Source: Minisyncoccota bacterium (GTDB taxonomy: Bacteria; Patescibacteriota; Minisyncoccia; UBA6257; 2-01-FULL-56-20). Taken from it: 64,000 nucleotides of DNA. The translations under genes and the position numbers were made by a program. Location: contig JALHNY010000001.1 of the NCBI GenBank assembly GCA_022843285.1, positions 79,128 through 143,127 on the forward strand, written 5' to 3'. Below the pieces are notes generated by a model. The model ran no database searches. It worked only from the letters and a program-made list of their open reading frames with translations, and was not told the DNA's origin. How positions within the stretch are numbered: position 1 is the first letter of the stretch; every line of letters starts with the position of its first letter. This document shows positions 28,730 to 38,743 of this stretch, piece after piece.

Positions 28730-28797
28730 TTATTTTCTCTCCAAATTTTTAAGATGCGTTCCAGCAGGAAGTGCTGAGACCAACGTATTAAACGCTT

Positions 28798-31700
28798 TTA
28801 GAGCTTTTTCGTCAACAGATCCTCCTCAAACGCCAGCACGCCGTCCAGGTCTTTCGAGTAGCCGCTCACGTCTGGCAGCTCGACGCGGCGCACGAGCGCC
28901 GACACCACCTGGATGAGCTTTGCGGTGCGCTCCCGCTCCGCCGCCGTGGGCTCAATGGGCAGGTCCAGAACTTTGCCCTCTGCGTTCGGCTCCACGAACG
29001 AGAGCATCGCCTTTCCAACCGTCTTCCCCCTGAACCTCTCGGAGTTCTCGGCGAGCACCGTGTAAAAGAGCAGCTGCTGCCTGTTGCCGTGCCGCTTGAG
29101 CTCCCTGCCCTTCTCATCCCAGTCCTCGCTCGCCCTCCCGGTCTTGTAGTCGATGATCGTCAGGGTGCCGTCCTCTTCCTCGCAGATGACGTCCGCCTTT
29201 CCCGTGATGCGCGCCTCGCCGATCGCGACCCCGTCCCGCGAGAAGTTCACCTCGACGTGCGTCGCCCTCTTGAGTTCCTCGCCGCGCTGCGAGACGTACG
29301 CCCGGATGGCGCTCTCGCCGAGCTGCTGGTGCTGCTCGAGCTCCCTGCCCCTGAAGTCGTTCTCCCCGAGGGCCTCAGCGACGAGGAGCGACACGCGCTC
29401 GGGCTCCGGCAGGCTCTTCCCCGCGTGCACGTCCAGGACGATGCGCTCGAGCACCTGGTGCACCGCGCGCCCGAACCGCACGTACGGGTCTGCGTACTGC
29501 GGGAAGCGCAGCACGTGCCGCTCGAAGAAAGCCTGCGGCCCCGCTTCTGCCACGTTGAGGAAGTCGTTGAGCTGCGTCGCGGTCAGCTGGAAGTCTGCGA
29601 CGAGGGGCTGGAACACCTCGCGCTCCTCCGCGCTCACGGGCGGCACGTCGCGCTCCCACCCCAGCTGCTCGGGAATCGGCGCAGGCTCCCCCGCGTCCGG
29701 GGGCTCCGGCAGGTGCTCCGTGGCGGGCAGCGGCTCTCCCCTCCCCGCGTCCGTCGGCGACACGCCGAACACGAGCTCGCGCTTGGCGCGGGTCACGGCG
29801 ACGTACAGGGCGCGCGCGTGGTCATCGTCGTCGTCGCCAGCGGGCGAGATGGAGAGGTTCTCCGGGAAGCGGATCTTTCGCCCGCGCCCGGACTTGAGCC
29901 ACGGGTCGGTGCTCGCGTGCAAAATGACCACCGTGTCGAACTCCATGCCCTTCGCCCGGTGCGTGGTCAGCAGGTGCACGGCGTTGCCGTCCGGCGTGAC
30001 GTGCGTCTTGATGGGCTCCCCGTGCGCCCGGCGCACGTCCGCGAACTGGACGAAGTCGGCGACGCGCGCATCCCCGCCGCGCTGCGATGCGCGGAAAGCC
30101 AGCAGCACGCTCCTGAGGCTCGCCACGAGGCTGAGGAGCCCAGCCGGGTCGCGCTCCCTCGCCCCTGTGCCGAAGTAGTAGGAGTGGAAGGGGCTCACCC
30201 TCCCCTCGTCCGTGGGGCGGGTGCCGATGAGCTGGTCCAGCACGAGCTCCGCCGGGTCGTCCGCCGCGCGGGTCGCGACCTCCGCGAGGAGCTCGGCTGC
30301 CGCTCGGACCTGCGGCACGCCGCTCTCGAGGGCCAGGTGCAGCCACGGCTGCTTGGTCGCGTGCGCGCCCCGAGACAGCTGCCAGAGCTCGAGCCGCGGG
30401 ATGCCCCAGAACGGGAAGCTCAGGGTGTGGTGCACGAGCACGTCGCTCCCCGCCGCCCTCCCGCTGCCGAGCGCCGCGACGAGCCGCGCGAGGTCAATCA
30501 CCTCCCGCACGTGCGGGTCAGCCAGCGCGTCACGCTGGCGGTCGTAGCTCACGCGAATGCCGCGCGCGCCGAGGTGGGGCACCAGGCGCTCCAGGTTGTC
30601 GTGCCGGCGCCCGATGATCGCAATGTCTCCTGGCTCCGTGCCGCTCTGGATCCTCTTCTCAACGAGCGCGGCGAGCCGCGCACGCTCCTCATCGCGGGAG
30701 CCCGCCCGAACGGCGTAGATCTCAGCTCCGCCCGCCTCGCCTCCGGATTTGAGCTCCTTGCTCAGCCCCTCGATGCGCCCCTCGAGCCTGTTGCCGATGC
30801 CGCGCACCTGCGCGACAGCAAGGTCGAGGATGCCCTGCCTGGAGCGGTAGTTGGTGGCCATGGTCACCACCGTGGCCCGCGGGTACCGCTCGCGGAAGCC
30901 GAGGATGTGCTCGATGCCCGCCCCGTGGAAGCGGTAGATGGACTGGTCGTCATCCCCGACCACCATGAGGTTCGGGTTGCCCTCGTTCGCCGGGTGGTCC
31001 GCCAGGAGAGCCAGTAGCTCAGCCTGCGCGCCGTTGGTGTCCTGGTACTCGTCCACGAGGACGTACTGGAAGCGCTCTTGCAGGTCCGCGCGGAAGTCAG
31101 GGTTCTCCCTCAGCGTGCCGATGAGGTCGACGATGAGGTCGTCAAAGTCGCGGAGCCCGCGCTCCGCGGTGAGCGCCTGGTACGCGCGGTACGCTGCCGA
31201 GAGCGACTTCAGCTTCTCGTGCTGGCCCGTTGCCTTCAGGACCTGCGCGTCACCCGACTTCTCCATGTGCCTCTTCTTCCACGCGGTGATGGGCTCGGTG
31301 CTGCCGCCGGCCTCGGCGTCCATGACGGCCGCCTCGAGGCTGTTGGCGATTGCCACGTTGAGGCTGGGGTGCGACGCGAGCGGGAAGGGCTTCACGGGCA
31401 GGGCGCGCACGGCTGCGGCTGCCGCGGCGTAGCGCGGCAGGAGCTTCTTGCCGGTGCGCTCACTGAAGACGGCGAGCGCACCGTTAATCTGCGGGATGAC
31501 CTCCCCGTTGCGCTCCAAAATTGCATCGAGCGTGTCCGGCCCGATGCCGGCCCGCTTGAGGTCCTGGAGGCACGAGCCGACGTCCCCGAGGTACGTGAAC
31601 TCCTCCGACGGGTGGCCGGTTCGCAGCACGTCGCGGAGCGGGAGGGACCGCAGCACCTCGGCAATGATCTCGGCGCGCTCCACGTCCTCGGTGGTCTCGA

Positions 31701-32034
31701 GGTTCGCACCCGATGCGAAGAGCTCGGGGTACTCCCCCGCGATCTTCGCCGCGAACGAGTGGAACGTGCCAATCGTCACGCGGTACGCGTCGCGGCCGAC
31801 GAGCTCGGCGAGGCGCCGGCGCATGGTGGACGCTGCGGAGTCGGTGAAGGTGAGGCACAGGATGCTCGTGGGTCCGGCATCGGTCTTCCTGAGAATCTGG
31901 GCCACGCGCAGGGCCAGGATCTCGGTCTTTCCCGATCCCGGTCCCGCCACGACGAGCACCGCGCCCTCGACGGTGCCCACCGCGAGGCGCTGCTGGTCGT
32001 TGAGCTTGGCGTAGCGCTCCTCGAAGCTTGGCAC
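28798..32034 (-). CDS. UvrD/Rep-family helicase fused to a C-terminal PD-(D/E)XK nuclease (AdnAB/AddA-like)
   Basis: AGPGSGKT, TFHSF, VDEYQDTN, VGDDDQSIYRF, NYRS and YVAVTRA motifs; C-terminal GKADV..IIDYKTG..QLLFY. Confidence 0.92.
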   Translation of the reverse strand: MPSFEERYAKLNDQQRLAVGTVEGAVLVVAGPGSGKTEILALRVAQILRKTDAGPTSILCLTFTDSAASTMRRRLAELVGRDAYRVTIGTFHSFAAKIAGEYPELFASGANLETTEDVERAEIIAEVLRSLPLRDVLRTGHPSEEFTYLGDVGSCLQDLKRAGIGPDTLDAILERNGEVIPQINGALAVFSERTGKKLLPRYAAAAAAVRALPVKPFPLASHPSLNVAIANSLEAAVMDAEAGGSTEPITAWKKRHMEKSGDAQVLKATGQHEKLKSLSAAYRAYQALTAERGLRDFDDLIVDLIGTLRENPDFRADLQERFQYVLVDEYQDTNGAQAELLALLADHPANEGNPNLMVVGDDDQSIYRFHGAGIEHILGFRERYPRATVVTMATNYRSRQGILDLAVAQVRGIGNRLEGRIEGLSKELKSGGEAGGAEIYAVRAGSRDEERARLAALVEKRIQSGTEPGDIAIIGRRHDNLERLVPHLGARGIRVSYDRQRDALADPHVREVIDLARLVAALGSGRAAGSDVLVHHTLSFPFWGIPRLELWQLSRGAHATKQPWLHLALESGVPQVRAAAELLAEVATRAADDPAELVLDQLIGTRPTDEGRVSPFHSYYFGTGARERDPAGLLSLVASLRSVLLAFRASQRGGDARVADFVQFADVRRAHGEPIKTHVTPDGNAVHLLTTHRAKGMEFDTVVILHASTDPWLKSGRGRKIRFPENLSISPAGDDDDDHARALYVAVTRAKRELVFGVSPTDAGRGEPLPATEHLPEPPDAGEPAPIPEQLGWERDVPPVSAEEREVFQPLVADFQLTATQLNDFLNVAEAGPQAFFERHVLRFPQYADPYVRFGRAVHQVLERIVLDVHAGKSLPEPERVSLLVAEALGENDFRGRELEQHQQLGESAIRAYVSQRGEELKRATHVEVNFSRDGVAIGEARITGKADVICEEEDGTLTIIDYKTGRASEDWDEKGRELKRHGNRQQLLFYTVLAENSERFRGKTVGKAMLSFVEPNAEGKVLDLPIEPTAAERERTAKLIQVVSALVRRVELPDVSGYSKDLDGVLAFEEDLLTKKL

Positions 32035-32132
32035 GGGCTAACTGTACCGCACGCGCCCCTCCGCTACGTGGACATTCTTGCAATGTATGGCATGATGCTG
32101 AAACCGCATTTTGAAAGAGGAGAGGAAAGCAA

Positions 32133-32480
32133 ATGGAGACCATGTCGTCTATGAAAAAGTCACTCCGCAGCGCCTTCGGCTTGCGGACGCGGCTCCGGCG
32201 CGAGCTGGATGCCATTTTGGATGCCTGCGGCATCCCGCAGGAGCGGGCGCACCTTTCGCACGATGGCAAGGAGCGCCGTGCCGTCACGGTGTGGGCGCCG
32301 GGTGGGGTCAACCCCCTCGGCACGATCACGCTCAACCTGCAGCGAGCGCCCGGGGCGACGAGCCACGAGACGTTCGTGACGCTCTCGATGAACCACGCCC
32401 AGGACCAGGAGCACTACAACCTGGAACTGGACCGGCACACCGTGCACGTCCGCGTGCGGGCAATGGCGTTCCCGCCCTGA
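32133..32480 (+). CDS. Orphan hypothetical protein
   Basis: GAGGAGAGG SD with an AT-rich leader; followed by a hairpin. Confidence 0.6.
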   Translation: METMSSMKKSLRSAFGLRTRLRRELDAILDACGIPQERAHLSHDGKERRAVTVWAPGGVNPLGTITLNLQRAPGATSHETFVTLSMNHAQDQEHYNLELDRHTVHVRVRAMAFPP

Positions 32481-32482
32481 GG

Positions 32483-32516
32483 AAAAGAAAAACTGAGGGC
32501 CGCGAGAGCGGCCCTC
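32483..32516. terminator. Terminator hairpin
   Basis: GAGGGCCGC-GAGA-GCGGCCCTC preceded by an A-rich run. Confidence 0.7.
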
Positions 32517-32519
32517 TCG

Positions 32520-33152
32520 CTACCCTCGGTGGCGCCAGTACAGGTACGCGAGCCCCGCGATGAGCCCGAGGAGCACGCCCACCTGCACAAGAGACTCGAT
32601 GCTCGAGGACTGCTCAATGAACGCCTTCGCGGCACCCGTCCCCACGTACCCCACGTACAGGTACACGAAGTCGCGCATGACCGTGCCGACGTACGTGGCG
32701 AACGCGTAGAGGCGCAGGTTCACCTTGAGCACGCCGCAGCCCACCGAGATGAGCGAGCTCGGCACGATTGGGAGTGCCCTGAAGACGGTGAGGAGCACGT
32801 AGTCCCTCCAGCCGTTGCCGAGTCGCTTGCCGAACGACTCAATCTGGGCGTGCGTGACGCCGAAGAACTTGGCGAAGCGCCCCGAGAGCAGGTCCTCCGC
32901 GCGGTCCGCGACCTTGTACACGAGGAGCGCGCCGAGAAGCTTCCCGAGCGAGCCGAGGAGGGCGAGCGTGATGAGACCGCCGATCGCGTACCCCTGCACG
33001 TCCGCGAGCGAGCCGGAGACCACCATGACCGCCGGTGACGGCACCGGCGCGACCACCTCTTCGACGAACGATGCCACGATGGCAAAAACCTCCAGGGGTA
33101 CCCTGTCCGCGTACGAGATGAGCAGAGCCTCGAGCTCGCTGAAGATGGACAT
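32520..33152 (-). CDS. DedA/VTT-domain membrane protein
   Basis: EEVVAPVPS, GSLG..Y, FRALP..SLIS..G motifs and hydrophobic profile. Confidence 0.85.
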   Translation of the reverse strand: MSIFSELEALLISYADRVPLEVFAIVASFVEEVVAPVPSPAVMVVSGSLADVQGYAIGGLITLALLGSLGKLLGALLVYKVADRAEDLLSGRFAKFFGVTHAQIESFGKRLGNGWRDYVLLTVFRALPIVPSSLISVGCGVLKVNLRLYAFATYVGTVMRDFVYLYVGYVGTGAAKAFIEQSSSIESLVQVGVLLGLIAGLAYLYWRHRG

Positions 33153-33255
33153 CAGTACACACACTGTACAGGAACGCCCGCCGCGGTGCGTTGACTAAAC
33201 TCTAAATTGTGTTTACGTTACGTACAGAGACTGAACAACACGAGGAAAACTGAAT

Positions 33256-33738
33256 ATGACCATGCAACTGCCCATGGACGTCAGCCAAATGGCTGCGTTC
33301 TCGAGGCTCCACCACAACCTGAGGACAGGCGCGAGCCTGAGCGAGAGCCCCTTCGAGGAGTACCAGCGCGGCGACAACTTCACCGTCTGGCTCTACAAAA
33401 CGGACCCGCGTATCGAGTACGTCGAGCTGACCGGCGCGAGCAAGCCGCACTGCCACGAACGCCAGAACAGCGCGTTCTGGTTTCTGACACCGGCGACGCT
33501 GGTGCTCGGCGGGTCCGGCGTCAAGGGTCCGCGCGCCACCGTGGTCGCGTACCTGACGCGGTACGCCGCGGAGATCGGCACCCCCTACCTGGTGCCGCCC
33601 TACGTCTTTCACGCCGTGGAGCCGCTCCCCGACCAGATTCGCGCGCGCTTCTTCATCTTCAACTCGGCGCACCGCCCGAGGACGAGCTCCGAGTACACGG
33701 ACGACTCGATCTTCCCGGACCACTGCGTGTACCGCTGA
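33256..33738 (+). CDS. Cupin-like orphan protein
   Basis: PHCH..F and VPPYVFHAV cupin-type motifs; promoter TTGACT-17-TACGTT (33191-33219) and a GAGG SD. Confidence 0.6.
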   Translation: MTMQLPMDVSQMAAFSRLHHNLRTGASLSESPFEEYQRGDNFTVWLYKTDPRIEYVELTGASKPHCHERQNSAFWFLTPATLVLGGSGVKGPRATVVAYLTRYAAEIGTPYLVPPYVFHAVEPLPDQIRARFFIFNSAHRPRTSSEYTDDSIFPDHCVYR

Positions 33739-33747
33739 CTTAAACCG

Positions 33748-33773
33748 AAAGCCTGGCTCCCCGCCAGGCTTTT
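33748..33773. terminator. Bidirectional terminator
   Basis: AAAGCCTGGC-tcccc-GCCAGGCTTTT. Confidence 0.75.
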
Positions 33774-33775
33774 CG

Positions 33776-35410
33776 CTACTTCACGTGCTGCTGCGCGTAC
33801 GCCCAGTCTCCGTGCACCTTCTTGCCGGGGTTGAAGATGCCCCGCGGGTCGAAGATGTCCTTCGTCCTCTCGAAGAGGCGCGTGACCTCGGGGCCGAACT
33901 GCTGCTCCACGAAGCGCGTGCGGATGAGGCCGTCGTTGTGCTCGCCGCTGGTGGACCCGCCGAACGCGAGGGTGAGGTCTATGGCCTCGTCCTGCAGCTG
34001 GTACATGGCTCTGCGCGCCTCGGGATCGTGGAGGTTGATGAGCGGAATGATGTGGAAGTTGCCGTCCCCGACGTGCCCGGCGATGGTGTACGTCATCAGG
34101 TGCGCGTACTTCTCCATGAGCTTCTCGAGCTGCGGCATGAACTCGGAGAGCTTCTCCGGCGCGACGATGAGGTCGTCGATGAAGGGCGCGGTCTGCCGGT
34201 CCTTCACGCGCTCGCGCAGGAGCGAGAAGCTCTCGCGCCGAATCGCCCAGTACTTGTTAGCCTCCCCGCTCCTGCCGGCAGCCTTGTGCGCGATGCCGCG
34301 CTCCGTGAGCATGGCGCGCAGCCCCGCCGTCCGGCTGGCGAGCTCTGCCGGGTCATCGGACGTGAGCTCCGCGAGGATGGTTAGGCGGGGCATGCCGTGG
34401 CGCACCGCGTAGAGCAGCTCCGGGATGAAGCGCAGGCCGAGCGTGAGCATGCCCACGCCCAGGTGGCGCGCGAGCACCGGCACGAAGCGGATCGCGAGCC
34501 GGAGCGTGTGGTGGTCGAAGGACTCGAGGCTCTCGGGCCTGAAGGCGAGTATGTCCTTCACGAGCGGCGCGATGTGCGACTCGCTCTCGAGGAACGCGAC
34601 GGTGAGCTCGGAGTGCGCCTTGGGCTTCTCGAGGCGCAGGGTGACGTCCGTGATGAGGCAGAGCGTCCCCTGCGATCCGGTCACCAGCTGCGTGACGTCG
34701 AAGGTCTTCGCCTCAGGGTTCCACACATCCCATAGTGCGTACCCGGAAGAGTTCTTGGTGACCTTCGGCCGCGCCCCCCGGATGGTGGCCTGGTGCTTCA
34801 TGACGAGCTCGTGGAGCCCGCGGTACACCTCGCCCTCGCGGTTCTGGAGCGCGAGCTTCTCCCCGAGCTCAGCCTCGCCGAGCTTGCGGAAGGTCACCTG
34901 GGAGCCGTCATCCAGCACTGCGTCGATGCTCTCCACGTAGCGGTTCGTCTTGCCGTACCCGAGGTTCTTCTCTCCGCCGGCGTTGTTCGCCACCATGCCG
35001 CCGATGGCGCAGATGTTCTTCGAGGCGGGGTAGCTTGGGAAGAAGTACCCCGCCTTCGCGGCGCGCGCTTCGAGCTCGCGGTAGTAGGTGCCGGGCCCGG
35101 CAGACGCGGTGCTCCCCCCGGAGTACCCGATGTGGTTCAGCTTGGCGCAGTCCACCTGGATGGACTCCGTGAGCGACCCCCCGCTCATGCAGGTGCCGCC
35201 GGCTCGCGCGGTGAGGGAGACCTCCTCGCCCGCCTCAGCCCGCAGGTGCACCGCCCTCACGGCGTTCGCCAGGTCGGTCGCGTCCTCGGGGATGAACACG
35301 GCTGCGGGGACCACCCTGAAGATGGACGCGTCCGTGCTCCGCGCCGCGCGCGAGCTCTCATCCTCGAGCACCTTGCCGCGGACCGCTGACCTCAGGAAAC
35401 CCAAATCCAT
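33776..35410 (-). CDS. FAD-linked oxidoreductase (GlcD/D-lactate dehydrogenase-like)
   Basis: RAGGTCMSG, IGGMVANNAGG, GSQGTL, GHVGDGNFH, SGEHNDG and IFNPGK motifs. Confidence 0.9.
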   Translation of the reverse strand: MDLGFLRSAVRGKVLEDESSRAARSTDASIFRVVPAAVFIPEDATDLANAVRAVHLRAEAGEEVSLTARAGGTCMSGGSLTESIQVDCAKLNHIGYSGGSTASAGPGTYYRELEARAAKAGYFFPSYPASKNICAIGGMVANNAGGEKNLGYGKTNRYVESIDAVLDDGSQVTFRKLGEAELGEKLALQNREGEVYRGLHELVMKHQATIRGARPKVTKNSSGYALWDVWNPEAKTFDVTQLVTGSQGTLCLITDVTLRLEKPKAHSELTVAFLESESHIAPLVKDILAFRPESLESFDHHTLRLAIRFVPVLARHLGVGMLTLGLRFIPELLYAVRHGMPRLTILAELTSDDPAELASRTAGLRAMLTERGIAHKAAGRSGEANKYWAIRRESFSLLRERVKDRQTAPFIDDLIVAPEKLSEFMPQLEKLMEKYAHLMTYTIAGHVGDGNFHIIPLINLHDPEARRAMYQLQDEAIDLTLAFGGSTSGEHNDGLIRTRFVEQQFGPEVTRLFERTKDIFDPRGIFNPGKKVHGDWAYAQQHVK

Positions 35411-35422
35411 GCGGCTATCGTA

Positions 35423-36277
35423 TCACGCGAAGCACGCGCGCAGCCTCTTCAGGTTCTCCTCGTCTGGCCCGAGGTCATCGATGCCGGGCACCTCGAGCAC
35501 CCACGCCGCGTGGCTGAACGCGCCGCTGCCCGCGAGCGCGCGGAAGCCGTCCGTGCCGATGTGCCCGTCCCCGATGTTCTCGTGCTTGTCGTTGTGGCTC
35601 CCCGCCAGCGTCTTCGAGTCGTTGGCGTGCACCGCGTACGTCCGCGCGAAGCCGACCGTGCTGTTCCAGCGTTCCAGGAACGCCCCGAGCGTGCCGGGGT
35701 CCGCGTAGTCGTCGATGATGCCGGACTCGAAGGCGTGGGCCGTGTCCAGGCAGCAGCCCGTGCGCTCCGGGTCCCCCACCTCGGCGAGCATGGCTGCAAT
35801 CTCCTCGGGGTTGCCCCCGAGCTTCGTGCCGCCGGCCGCGGTGTTCTCGATCAGCAGGCGCGCCTTGCCCGGGACCGACTCGAGCACCCTGCGCATGCCC
35901 GCCGCCGTGAGCCTGATGCCATCTTCCGGCAGCTGCGCGCCGTACGAGCCCGGGTGGAAGACGAGCCCGTCCGCGCCGAGAGCCTCGGCAATCGCCATGT
36001 GCGCGGCGAGGTTCTTCTCGGATCGCGCGCGCAGCGCCGGCGTGTCCGAGCTCAGGTTCACCAGGTACGCCGCGTGGAGGTACACGGCGCCGATGCCGGT
36101 CTTCTCCCGCGCCTCCCGGAAGGCTGCCACGTCCTCGTCCCCCGGCAGGTTGGCCACGTACGAGCGCGGGGAGGCGCCAAAGATCTGAATCGCCTCCGCC
36201 CCCATGTCCTTGCCACGGTACAGGGCGCGGTACGCGCCACCCGCCGCCGACACGTGCATTCCCAGGAGCGGCCGCAT
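35423..36277 (-). CDS. nfo: Endonuclease IV
   Basis: GMHVS, HAAYLVNL, VFHPGS, IENTA, CLDTAH, HAND and DKHENIG motifs. Confidence 0.95.
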   Translation of the reverse strand: MRPLLGMHVSAAGGAYRALYRGKDMGAEAIQIFGASPRSYVANLPGDEDVAAFREAREKTGIGAVYLHAAYLVNLSSDTPALRARSEKNLAAHMAIAEALGADGLVFHPGSYGAQLPEDGIRLTAAGMRRVLESVPGKARLLIENTAAGGTKLGGNPEEIAAMLAEVGDPERTGCCLDTAHAFESGIIDDYADPGTLGAFLERWNSTVGFARTYAVHANDSKTLAGSHNDKHENIGDGHIGTDGFRALAGSGAFSHAAWVLEVPGIDDLGPDEENLKRLRACFA

Positions 36278-36278
36278 G

Positions 36279-37040
36279 CTACTTCTCGGCGTGGTGCTTC
36301 TTGCCAGCCACGAAGCCCTCGACCGCCTTCAGGATTTCGAGCGGCACCGTGAAGATAATCGTGTTGGACTGGTCCGACGACACGTCGTTGATGGACTGGA
36401 GCGTGCGCAGGTGGAGCGCGCCGTCCACGCCCGAGAGGATGCGCGCTGCCTCCGCCATGTTCTGGGCGGCCGCGAGCTCACCCTCGGAGTTGATGATGAC
36501 CGCGCGCTTCTCGCGCTCCGCCTCGGCCTGCTTGGCGATGGTGCGCTCCATGTCCCCCGGCAGGCTGATGTCCTTAAGTTCCACGTTGCTCACCTTGAGG
36601 CCCCACGCGTCCGTCTCGCGGTCCACGATGTCCCTGATGCGCTCCGCAATCTTCTCGCGGTTGGCGAGCAGCTCGTCGAGCGTCGCCTCTCCCACCACGT
36701 TGCGCATGGTGGTCTGCGCGTACTGCGAGATGGCGTAGAAGAAGTTCTCCACCTCCAAAATGGCACGCTCCGCCGAGCTCACGCGGTAGTAGATGACCGC
36801 GTTCACGGTCACCGAGACGTTGTCGCGCGTGATCGCGCGCTGGTCCGGCACGTCGACCGCCTTCACGCGCATGTCCACCTTCCGGTAGCTCTGGAACACC
36901 GGGACCACGAGGCGCCACCCCGGCGCCATGGTCCCCGTGAAGCGGCCCATGGTGAACTTCAGGCCCACCTCGTACTGGTTGATCTGCTTGAGGCTCGCGA
37001 AGAGCACCAGGAGCAGGAAAATAACAGTGAAGAACGTCAT
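36279..37040 (-). CDS. SPFH/stomatin (slipin) family protein
   Basis: ITRDNVSV, QTTMRNVVG and AEAEREKRA motifs. TATACT lies 6 nt before the ATG. Confidence 0.92.
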   Translation of the reverse strand: MTFFTVIFLLLVLFASLKQINQYEVGLKFTMGRFTGTMAPGWRLVVPVFQSYRKVDMRVKAVDVPDQRAITRDNVSVTVNAVIYYRVSSAERAILEVENFFYAISQYAQTTMRNVVGEATLDELLANREKIAERIRDIVDRETDAWGLKVSNVELKDISLPGDMERTIAKQAEAEREKRAVIINSEGELAAAQNMAEAARILSGVDGALHLRTLQSINDVSSDQSNTIIFTVPLEILKAVEGFVAGKKHHAEK

Positions 37041-37076
37041 GCGCCGAGTATAGCACCGGTCAGGTATACTGTGCGC

Positions 37077-37568
37077 ATGACCAAAAAAGTGATTTTCGTT
37101 GCCATCCTTGCCCTCATCGTGGCAGCCGCGTTCTTCATTGCCGACATGGAGCAGACGAAGGCTCCCGAAGTGGCCACCACCGAGCAGCCCAGCGGCACGC
37201 CACAGCAGGCGAACTCCCCCGCCGCGCCCGGCGTCGACGGCACGCGCTGGGAGTGGCGGCAGACGGTGAACGCCGACGGCACGGTGACCAAGCCCGCCGA
37301 TCCCTCGAAGTTCGTCATCACATTCAGCGGCGACACGTTCTCCAGCACCACGGACTGCAACTCCATGCGCGGCCTGCTCGCGGTGGACGGCGAGGTCATG
37401 AGCATGGGGCAGATCGCGAGCACGAAGATGTTCTGCGAGGGAAGCCTGGAGGTTGAGTACGCCCAGGACCTCCAGCTCGTGGGCTCCCACCAGATCTCCG
37501 GCGACACCCTGACCCTCATCCAGCTGAAGGACGCGGGCACGATGACCTTCGCACGGGTGAACGGCTAG
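37077..37568 (+). CDS. META-domain secreted protein
   Basis: TM anchor; GTRWEW, TDCN and STKMFC motifs. Confidence 0.85.
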   Translation: MTKKVIFVAILALIVAAAFFIADMEQTKAPEVATTEQPSGTPQQANSPAAPGVDGTRWEWRQTVNADGTVTKPADPSKFVITFSGDTFSSTTDCNSMRGLLAVDGEVMSMGQIASTKMFCEGSLEVEYAQDLQLVGSHQISGDTLTLIQLKDAGTMTFARVNG

Positions 37569-37569
37569 C

Positions 37570-38052
37570 ATGATCTCCAAAGATTTCCTCAGGCAGCTCC
37601 TCGCCAAGGAGTACGCGACCACGCTCCGCGTCCTGCGCGCCTTCCCCGCGGACCAGGCGAGCTTCACCCCGCACGAGCGATCCAACACGGCTCTGCGCCT
37701 CGCGCAGACGTTCGTGTTCGAGATGCTCCTCCTGAACCGCGACGCGTTCGGCAAGCCGCTCGCCGCTGACGCGTTCTCCGCGTACAACCCCCCGGACCTC
37801 GAAGCCGCAATAGCGGACTTCGAGCGCGAGTCTGCCGGCACGCTCGCCAACCTCGACGCCCTCCCGGAGCAGGACCTCCGGCGAGAGGTGCAGTTCGCGG
37901 GCAGGACGTTCTGGGTTGGCGAGTACATTCTCATGATGCTGTTCGACCAGATTCACCACCGCGGCCAGCTCACCGTCTACGTGCGCATGGCTGGGGGCAA
38001 GGTTCCCTCTATCTACGGCCCCTCCGCCGACGACCCCTCGACGAACCTCTAG
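37570..38052 (+). CDS. DinB family protein
   Basis: FTPHERS and HHRGQLTVYVRMAGGKVPSIYG motifs. Confidence 0.88.
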   Translation: MISKDFLRQLLAKEYATTLRVLRAFPADQASFTPHERSNTALRLAQTFVFEMLLLNRDAFGKPLAADAFSAYNPPDLEAAIADFERESAGTLANLDALPEQDLRREVQFAGRTFWVGEYILMMLFDQIHHRGQLTVYVRMAGGKVPSIYGPSADDPSTNL

Positions 38053-38069
38053 CCGTTGCAAGAGCCCCT

Positions 38070-38097
38070 CTGCCGTGCCAGCATCACGGCAGCTTTT
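38070..38097 (+). terminator. Intrinsic terminator after the DinB-family gene
   Basis: CTGCCGTG-ccagcat-CACGGCAG-CTTTT. Confidence 0.65.
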
Positions 38098-38120
38098 ACT
38101 ATTTCTATTCGAGGTGATGT

Positions 38121-38705
38121 ATGAAAAAGAAAACTATCGGGGGCGGCACCGTCGTTGCCGCCATGATCTGCCCTGGTCCGTACCAGACGACGTCCGTTCC
38201 CTTCGACAAGGTAACCGCCATTCGCGGGTTCGGGTTCAGGGGCGACCGGCACGCGGGCACCAGAATTTCGGATGTCCGCGAGCTGGGGCAGTGCGGCATT
38301 CCGAAGGGGCACGAGGTATCCAACATGAGGGAGTTTTCGGCTGTCTCCGTTGAGGAACTCCGCGAAATTCAGGAGAGGCTGGGGCTGCCCGAAGCAGTGC
38401 CGCTCGGCTGCCTGGGCGAGAACTTGGTCATTTCCGGGATTCCGAACCTGACCCAGCTTCCCTGCGGCAGCCTGCTCACCTTCGCAGACGAGCGCGGCGT
38501 GCGGCGCACGACGGTGCTCGCGGTGTGGGGTGCCAACAACCCCTGCCGCATACCGGGAGAGAACGTGCAGGTTCACTTCCCCGACGTTCCGAAAGTTGCC
38601 GCACGCTTCCCGAAAGCGGCAATGGGGCGGCGCGGCATCGTCGGGTTCGTGTTCTGCTCGGGGTTCATCAAGCGCGGCGACCAGGTGACGGTCCTGCTGC
38701 CGTGA
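38121..38705 (+). CDS. MOSC-domain protein
   Basis: GDRHAG, LGENLVISG, NNPC, RRGIVG and IKRGD motifs; GAGGTG SD. Confidence 0.8.
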   Translation: MKKKTIGGGTVVAAMICPGPYQTTSVPFDKVTAIRGFGFRGDRHAGTRISDVRELGQCGIPKGHEVSNMREFSAVSVEELREIQERLGLPEAVPLGCLGENLVISGIPNLTQLPCGSLLTFADERGVRRTTVLAVWGANNPCRIPGENVQVHFPDVPKVAARFPKAAMGRRGIVGFVFCSGFIKRGDQVTVLLP

Positions 38706-38708
38706 ACG

Positions 38709-38743
38709 AGGGGGAAGGCTCAGCACCTTCCCCCTAAATTTTT
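38709..38743. terminator. Terminator hairpin between convergent genes
   Basis: AGGGGGAAGG..CCTTCCCCCT. Confidence 0.65.
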
